A DNA stretch of 64,000 nt, from contig NC_043013.1 in assembly GCF_006345805.1 (NCBI RefSeq), positions 48,360,001 to 48,424,000 on the forward strand. Reading direction: 5' to 3'. The notes beneath the pieces are model-generated. The model was given only the letters and a program-made list of their open reading frames with translations. It was not told the origin of the DNA and did not search any database. Shown piece after piece: positions 56,248 through 64,000 of the stretch (its first letter is position 1; the number at the start of each line of letters is the position of its first letter). This DNA is from Octopus sinensis. Its lineage: Eukaryota. A program made the translations under genes and the position numbers.

Positions 56248-56374
56248 CTTTTTCTATTCCTGAGCGCTATACTAATACATTTGTTTGTTTGTACTCCACC
56301 TGCCTTCGTCTTTTGTTTATTTTCGTAAAAATTTCCCTTTATATATATATCATAATTATTGCTTTTAACATCCA

Positions 56375-56772
56375 CTTTTAAAGTGGACTGGTGGTACGTA
56401 AAAAGCACTATCCGAATCGTGGCCGATGCCAGCGCCGCCTCGACTAGCTTCCGTGCCAGTGGCACGTAAAAAGCACCATCCGAATCGTGGCCGAAGCCAG
56501 TGCTGCCTCGACTGGCTTCCATGCCGGTGGTACGTAAAATGCACCAATCCGACCGTGGCCACTGCCAGCCTCCCCTGGCACCTGTGCGGGTGGCACGTAA
56601 AAAGCACCCACTACACTCGCGGAGTGGTTGGCGTTAGGAAGGGCATCCAGCTGTAGAAACATTGCCAGATCAGACTGGAGCCTGGTGCAGCCTTCTGGCT
56701 TCCCAGATTCCTAGTCGAACCGTCCAACCCATGCTAGCATGGAGAACGGACGTTAAACGATGATGATGATGA
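56375..56772 (+). mobile_element. RTE LINE 3'-end fragment with four internal repeats
   Basis: Four (GGC/GGT)ACGTAAAA(A/T)GCAC units followed by (TGA)n. Confidence 0.85.
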
Positions 56773-57004
56773 TTTTCTATATTCGCATGGATTGAATGGA
56801 TTTTGGTTGAGATAGGTTTTCTGTAGCTAGATGCCCTTCCTGCCCTTCCTAGTTTCCAAGCAAGGTAATACTTCCCTCCATGATCAAACATATTTCCAAA
56901 GATGAGTGAAGGACACTGCCTGCATGATTCTTACATTTGTTTAAACTATCACATGATGTCAAGGCAAGACGACAGAAACACATACATGCACACATATGCA
57001 TATA

Positions 57005-57437
57005 TCTTTTACTTGTTTCAGTCATTAGACTGCAGCCATGCTGGGGCACTGCCTTGAAAAACTTTAGTCTAATGAATCGACCCTAATATTTATTTTTTCT
57101 GTGCAGCCATGCTGGGGCACTGCCTTGAAAAACTTTAGTCTAATGAATCGACCCTAGTACTTATTTTTTCTGAAAGTTGGGTACTTATGTTATCAGTTTC
57201 CTTTGCTGGTCCACTAAGTGACAGGGACATAACACACCGACATCAATTATCAAGGGGTGGGTAGGGAACAAACACAGAGAGAAAGACACACACATATATG
57301 ATCTTTATTTCCATTTACCAAATCCACTCACAAGATTTGGTCAGCACAGAGCTATAGCAGAAGATACTTGCCCAACATGCCACAGAACCATCTGGTAGAA
57401 AAGCAAACTTCTTACCATACAACCATACCTGCACCTA
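57005..57437 (-). mobile_element. SINE family 1 with internal tandem duplication of about 71 bp
   Basis: GCAGCCATGCTGGGGCACTGCC...GACCCTA occurs twice. Confidence 0.85.
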
Positions 57438-57644
57438 TTACACACACACACATACACACACACACACACATTCAGGGTGGCCCAAAAGTAAGTTTACAGT
57501 TATTCAACTATCTCTTTCGCATTCATATATTAACACTTTAGATCTTAATTATAAAAAAAATATGAAACCATTATTCTATGCTAATTTAGTTAATTGTAAG
57601 ATAGAAATTTAAATGTAATAAAATGTTTTAAAAGAATATATACA

Positions 57645-58381
57645 CAGGGGTTGGACAAAATAATGGAAACACCAAGCATCGTAACATCATAATTTTGAAA
57701 TATCTATAAAACCATCAAAAGTGTGTTTATTTTTATATTGTTTTTTTTTTATTTATTATTAGTGCTGCTTAATATGTTTTGCTAAAATTGCCATTTCTTT
57801 ACAGATATCATCAGAAAAAGGTAATCAAAATTCATTAAAATGACAGATCTATCAGACTTTCAAAGAGGTCAACTTGTTGGTGCTCATATGGCAGCCCAAA
57901 TTTTTGGTATATTGGTATATCAAGAAGTACTGTCTTGAAAGTAATGACAGCCTTTGAGAAAGAGGGAAAAACCTCCTCATCAAAATAAAACTCCGGAAGA
58001 AAACCAAAATTTTCAGACCATCATACTCTTACGCGAATTGTTAGAAAGGATCACAAAAGTACAGCTCCCAAAATTACTGCAGAACTTAATGACCACTTCG
58101 AAAACCCAGTTTCCACAAAAACTCTTCACCGGGACCTGCACAAAGCTGGATTTTACGGGAGGGCTGCAATCAGAAAACTACTACTTTCAAAAAAACACTG
58201 CAAAGCATTTAGAGTGGAGTAAAAACCTACAGAATTGGTCCCTAGAGCAGTGGAAGAATCTTATTTTCTCGGGTGAGTCATCCTTTACCTTATTTCTGAC
58301 CACCGGCCGAGTATACATGCGGAGACAGCCAAAAGAAGCATTTGACCCAGACTGCCTTCTTCAAACTGTAAAACATGCAGG
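57645..58381 (+). pseudogene. Tc1-family transposon, 5' half
   Basis: TIR CAGGGGTTGGACAAAATAATGGAAACACC (also at 50891); MTDLSDFQRGQLVG from 57840; WKNLIFSGES and AFDPDCLLQTVKHAG motifs; frameshifted. Confidence 0.88.
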
Positions 58382-58720
58382 AGAGATTTGCTGTGTTTGA
58401 GAAGACACGTCAAGTTAAATGAAATCATGGTCATGGCCGATGCCAGTGACATGTAAAAGGCACCCATGTCAGTACAGAGGTTGGTGTTGGTAGGACATCA
58501 AGCCATACAAACCAAACGAAAACAACTAGGGCCTGGTGCAGCTCTCTGGTTTACCAACTCCAGTTAAACCATCAAACCCATACTAGCATGAAAAACAGAT
58601 TGGATGGTATGTGTCTTGGTGAGGCAATGATCACATCCAGAGACATTAATGTGAATGTCCTATAATGAATAAATTGGTTTTACAAATGTTAATTTTATCA
58701 GCCTTTAAATTCCAGATATA

Positions 58721-59133
58721 TTTCCTGAACTATGCATAGTTTCGGCAATCTTTTGTAAAAAGATGCTCTTTCTAGTGAGTCAGATGTCCTATTATGGTCA
58801 TCTCTTATGTGTTTAAATGGACACTGGATTTTTCTACGAATAATATTTAGTTTACCGACTAATTTTTTCCTTCTCGCTGAATAAACCGCACGTGAGCGGA
58901 GAATTTTGAAAAATTATAACATATAAACACGAGGCATGTTTTTTATCGCCTCGTGTCTATATGTGAACCTTGGCCTCCTGCTGAAGATGGCAACACCAGT
59001 TGTAAATTAAAATTATTTTATTTTATTTACAAAAGATTGCCGAAACTATGCATAGTCCAGGAAAAATAGGGTAAATGTTTTTACTTTTCATTCCCTTTCA
59101 GAATTGCAACTATTAGTGGCTTGGAGTTTAACT
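58721..59133. mobile_element. Hammerhead-containing non-coding repeat (retrozyme or Penelope pseudo-LTR-like), copy 1
   Basis: Plus-strand unit 58765-59133 contains the ribozyme and is preceded by an inverted copy of the ribozyme 3' half at 58721-58759. Confidence 0.7.
58976..59062 (+). ncRNA. Type I hammerhead ribozyme with intact core
   Basis: Stem I TCCTG/CAGGA; core CTGAAGA at 58981-87 plus an extra T; stem II GGCAA/TTGCC extended by TTGTAAAT/ATTTACAA; GAAA at 59042-45; palindromic stem III ACTATGCATAGT; GTC cleavage triplet at 59055-57. Confidence 0.85.
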
Positions 59134-60002
59134 TTGGAAAGGGGGGAACACAATGTATGCACATTATGATACTCAGATGGATACGCCATTACCTTACCAT
59201 CCAAATATATTAGGAGTTTAAAAAGACGCCATGGTATTTTAAAACAATCAATCAAATCTTAATGGGTGGTCATATTTCAATGTTTCTTCAATGAATTTTA
59301 TAAAATAAATTATTAAATCTTTTACAATATAACTTTAATTTCATTTAATGTAATCATTCGCATAAATTTTTATTCAAACATTGTTTTAATCTCAAAAAGG
59401 AATGATTATATATCTAATTGAGTTTATTTCTGAAGTTGCTTTAGCTATTCAGTTTTATCATTTTAACTTTGATGTTCTCTAAATATTTGAACCGTTCTTG
59501 ATTTTCTTTTGTAATGTATTTAGTTTCTCTTTTTAAAAAAGAGACACTTTCTTTAATTTCATAAGTTTTAAATAATACTTAATTATAATTTCTTAAATAA
59601 ATAATGAGAACATCAATTGTAAAACAATTGTTCCAATAACTAACTCTAACATTCGTTGAAAAATTTAATGTAAAACAATTTAAAAAAAAAAGAAAACTAC
59701 ACACTCTTAACCTTGGTCATACTATCTTTATTATAGTATGTACTATCCTCTGAATTTAAACTTCTCTCCAGTTTAAAGTAGGTTTAGAGTTTGCAGTGAG
59801 AGATCATGTCTGCCACAGTAAACCGGTCATATGACAACATACAAGCTCTGTCACTGGTTCAGTCATGGTTGTAGTTGTTAAGTAGCTATGGTCAATACTG
59901 CTTTCTGAACTAACACCATAGCTGAATGAAGGAGCATCTGACCAGTCTTTTATCTCTTAGCACCCCACATATATATATATACATACAGATTTACATACAT
60001 AA

Positions 60003-60295
60003 GTCCGGCTTAAGGGATGTCATCGCAGAGTATACACGCAGCAAGTTTAGATGGGCTGGACACATCGCCCGGCTCACCAATAATCGGTAGACCTGCGCAG
60101 TTGTCGAGTGGTACCCACGTGAGCGAAAACGACCACCCGGAAGGCTTCCACAACGGCGGAGTTACGATTTCAGGAGGATGATTGGGATCATATGGATGAG
60201 AAAGGCGCGATCCAGAGAGGAGTGGACAGCGTGCTGTGACCAGTGGTGTCAAATGGACGCCCAACAGACTGGTCGGTCAAGGTGATCAAGGTGAT
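60003..60295 (+). mobile_element. RTE-1-like LINE 3' end, second RTE family
   Basis: KFRWAGHIARLTNNR*TCAVVEWYPRERKRPPGR peptide; tail CAAGGTGAT x2. Confidence 0.85.
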
Positions 60296-60306
60296 ATATA
60301 TATATA

Positions 60307-60944
60307 AATAAATCTTCGGATAGCAAAAAAAATCATAGAAAAATTCTTTGCTACCAGAGGTCTAGCAAGAAGGAAAAAATTAGTCAGTAGACTAAATATT
60401 ATTCATAGAAAAATCCAGTGTAGATTTAAACACATAAGAGATGACCATAATAGGACATCTGACTCACTAGAAAGAGCAGTTAAACTCCAAGCCACTAATA
60501 GTTGAAATTCTGAAAAAGAATGAAAAATAAAAACATTTACCCTATCTTTCCGGGACTATGCATAGTTTTGGCAATCTTTTGTAATGAGTCAGATGTCCTA
60601 TTATGGTCATCTCTTATGTGTTTAAATGTACACTGGATTTTTCTACGAATAATATATAGTCTATTGACTAATTTTTCTTTCTCGCTAGAACACTGATAGC
60701 AAAGAATTTTTCTATGATTTTTTTTGCTACCCTAAGATTTATTAATTAATGATAAAACGTTTTTTGGCTAATTTTGAAAGAAAATCAGCAATTGTATTTA
60801 CTGCCGAATAAACCGCGCGTGAGCGGAGAATTTTGAAAAATTATAACATATAAACACAAAGCATGTTTTTTATTGCCTCGAGTCTATATGTGAACCTTGG
60901 CCTCCTACTGAAGATGGCAACGCCAGTTGTAAATTAAAATTATT
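60307..60944. mobile_element. Same hammerhead repeat family, copy 2: inverted segment followed by direct segment
   Basis: 60307-60584 is a minus-strand permuted copy; 60585-60944 is a plus-strand copy ending inside the ribozyme (CTGAAGA at 60908). Confidence 0.7.
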
Positions 60945-61130
60945 ATACCCAGAAACTGCAGTCCGTGCATATCACTTAGGTTGACGAGGGAAGGATGACC
61001 TCCCTTTGCAAATACCGATAGGGCACAGAAAATGGCCTATAGCCAGCTGGAGGAGATGTTCTCCTGGGGCTACAAGCTACAGTAACATCCACCCTTAGTG
61101 GTTAGCCATATTGAGATGGTAAATATACCT

Positions 61131-61171
<41 letters not shown>

Positions 61172-61292
61172 CGATGATAACAACAACAGTGACAACAATA
61201 ACAGCAATACCCACAGGCAGACAACAATACCTAAATATTTTCAAAAATTTACAGTAAAACCTAATATTATATATATATATATATATATACGT

Positions 61293-61500
61293 ATCATCAT
61301 CATCGTTTAACATCCACTTTCCCTTGCTGGCATGGGTTGGACGGTTTGACTTAGGACTGGCAAGCCAGATGGCTGCACCAGGCTCCAATCTGATCTGGCA
61401 GAGCTTCTACTGCTGGATGCTCTTCCTAATGCCAACAAGTGGGTGCTTTTATGTGCCACCGGCACAAGGGCCAGTCAGGCAGTACTGGCAACGGCAGTAG
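61293..61500 (-). mobile_element. RTE LINE 3'-end fragment
   Basis: Family match within the window. Confidence 0.8.
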
Positions 61501-62354
61501 TTTGACATGGTTTCTATGGCTGGATGTCCTTTTTAATGCCAACCACTTTACAAGGTGTCAGTGCATTTTTTTGTGATGACACTTATGAGATCAGCATATG
61601 GCTTACAAGTCAACAAACCCAAGGAGAGAGCATGGTGCATCCATATGTTTGGGAGGGGCAGGTAAGAGGCTGGAGGGATAAACCAGGTTCTCTCTGGAGA
61701 GTAGCTTCATGGCTACTCACATTTAGGAAAGTGAGAATGAATTAGAGATATCTCCAAGGAGACATACAATGGTGATGAGGTGTCCAAGTGGCACTTCAGG
61801 TAGTGGGGATAATGGAGGTTTGCAAGAGTGTGTATGAGAAGAGATAGGGCAAGTGGGAGAGAGTGGTGAGCAACATCTGTAAAAGTTGGGTAAGAGTTGA
61901 GAAGGGGATACATGAGTTGCAGGTGGGTTTCATGGATACCAGCAATAGGGTAAAAATCATACCATTGACAGAGGAGAAGAGAAATGATGTGTATGGGTAG
62001 GCTAAGGGTCGTACCACTTCACCCAGCTTTGCCCAGGCTGACAACACAGGAAATATTTGGATTACTAGGAAGTTTCCAGACAAACATTAGGCAAAGTATG
62101 AGACTAAGTAACCCACACAACTTTATTTTGTCTTTCAGAAAGCTTCTTTGGATTTCTGCTTAAACAGTGGATTACAAATTTGGTGAAAAAAAAGGAAAGA
62201 AGATATTTACAAACGGAATGTTTTGAATCTCATTTCTCTATTTAACCCTAAACCCACATACCAACCCTAAACTCTAAAACTTAACCTCACCCTACAATAC
62301 TAATCCAAAATCCTCGACCCAAACCTACTGTTAAGCTAAATCTCCTGTGTTTAA

Positions 62355-62573
62355 GTTTTTAGCATTTAAACAGGCCATATCCAGCTGAAATATTCTACAT
62401 GTTCTATGTTCAAACCAGCCAGATCCAGTCTCTCACACCTATCTTACAATGTCATTCTAAAGACATACAATCACATCATTGAAATCTCAAAGCTACAATG
62501 CATGGTTAATCCAAAACAATGTGGATAAATAAGCATTACACTTGACAGAGTATTCTGAATACTAAAGGGTTAA
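62355..62573. mobile_element. piggyBac-type MITE family A with eroded left end
   Basis: Internal match to family A and CTAAAGGGTTAA right end. Confidence 0.8.
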
Positions 62574-62729
62574 AACAGAATTCTGAAAAAAATTTCCAGA
62601 ATTGCTCAAAAACAAAATGTTTTGGCTGGTTGCATTCTCCCTGTCAAATAAAGGGAAATCCAAAATAATTTTTGAAATATATATATATAAAAGTAAAAGA
62701 TGATCTTGAGATCAAAACTCATTGGGGTA

Positions 62730-62923
62730 CTCTTTTACTTGTTTCAGTCATTTGATTGCAGCCATGCTGGAGCATCACCTTTAGTCGGGCAAATCAACCC
62801 AGAACTTTGTAAGCCTAGTACTTATTCTATCAGTCTCTTTTGCTGAACCGCTAAGTTACAGGGATGTAAACACACCAGCATCGGTTGTCAAGCGATGGTT
62901 TGGGTACACAAACATACACCCAC

Positions 62924-62959
<36 letters not shown>

Positions 62960-63124
62960 CGACGGGCTTCTTTCAGTTTCCGTCTACCAAATCCACCCAC
63001 AAGGCTTTGGCTGGCCCAAGGCTATAGTAGAAGACACTTGCCCAAGGGGCCACGCAGTGGGACTGAACCCGGAACCATGTGGTTGGTAAGCAAGCTACTT
63101 ACCACACAGCCACTCCTATGCCTA
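62730..63124 (-). mobile_element. SINE family 1
   Basis: Family match within the window. Confidence 0.9.
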
Positions 63125-63292
63125 TGGGGTAGTTCATAGTTTCTTCAGGATAGAAAACAGTTCCTACCTTAGAAAACAGTTTCCTCACTATACAACTGTT
63201 GGTTCACAACACTTAATCCCCAGAGTTTTTATCCCAAGCAGTGGCTGGAATTTTGGTTAGTATAAGCATGTATGGTGAGGGTGTGTGCATAC

Positions 63293-63336
<44 letters not shown>

Positions 63337-64000
63337 ACGGACACGTGTTAGGTGTGTGTTGTATCATCATAAGTAAAAATTCTCAACCAATATTTTTCAC
63401 TACTAAGTAAGTTTCTTTGTTTTGCTATTAACCCCTCAGAGACCTAGTGATCCCCATCTCTATTTTTCCATCCCTATCTTACTTACTCCATATTCTCTTA
63501 GCATGCTACCCACATGTGGTCCTTGGATCTGTTTGCCAATTAGAACACACAAACACCAACAAAGTTACTGTACTGACCACTCTCTTTCTCTCTCTTAAAT
63601 ATGTAATGTAATAATTCACACAAGGCCCTGCAATCCATCCATCCATTTTTTCATTCATAATTCCTATTGTAGCCAGCTGTAGAACTTTTCCTTTAGACTG
63701 TATTAACATTTTCATCATAAACATGTACAGTTTTGAGCATTTTCAATCTGTTTTCTCTCTCATAACTCATTTGTATTCAACAGAACAAATTTTCTTTTAG
63801 AATGGATGTATCTAAGACCTGTATTAAAAACCCACAAACATTATGGGTGCAGGTGTGCCTGTGTGGTAAGAAGTTTGTTTCCTATCCACATGGGTCAGTC
63901 CCAATACAAGGGCAAGTGCCTTCTACTATAACTTCAGGCCAACCAAAGCCTTGAGATTAGATTTGGTAGGCAGAAACTGAAAGAAGCCCAACATATATAT

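Noticed and set aside
62240-62320. Telomere-like CCCTAA tract
   Set aside because: Short and highly degenerate.

Overview
AT-rich, repeat-dense eukaryotic DNA. The SINE, RTE-LINE and microsatellite content points to a coleoid cephalopod, probably Octopus (inferred). The only host gene found is PSMD3/Rpn3 (26S proteasome lid subunit) on the minus strand: six internal GT-AG exons between 34453 and 48957 that join in frame. Its first and last exons were not found in the window. The rest is intronic or intergenic DNA with tRNA-derived SINEs, RTE and CR1 LINE remnants, piggyBac-type (TTAA) and hAT MITEs, non-autonomous Helitrons, Tc1/mariner relics and a Penelope GIY-YIG remnant. The most notable signal is an apparently intact type I hammerhead ribozyme at 58976-59062. 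It lies in a non-coding repeat of about 370-490 nt that recurs in permuted and inverted form over 58.7-60.9 kb, resembling a retrozyme or Penelope pseudo-LTR. Two degenerate hammerhead-like motifs of unrelated sequence occur at about 56.2 kb and 43.65 kb. Most ORFs in the supplied track are repeat artefacts.
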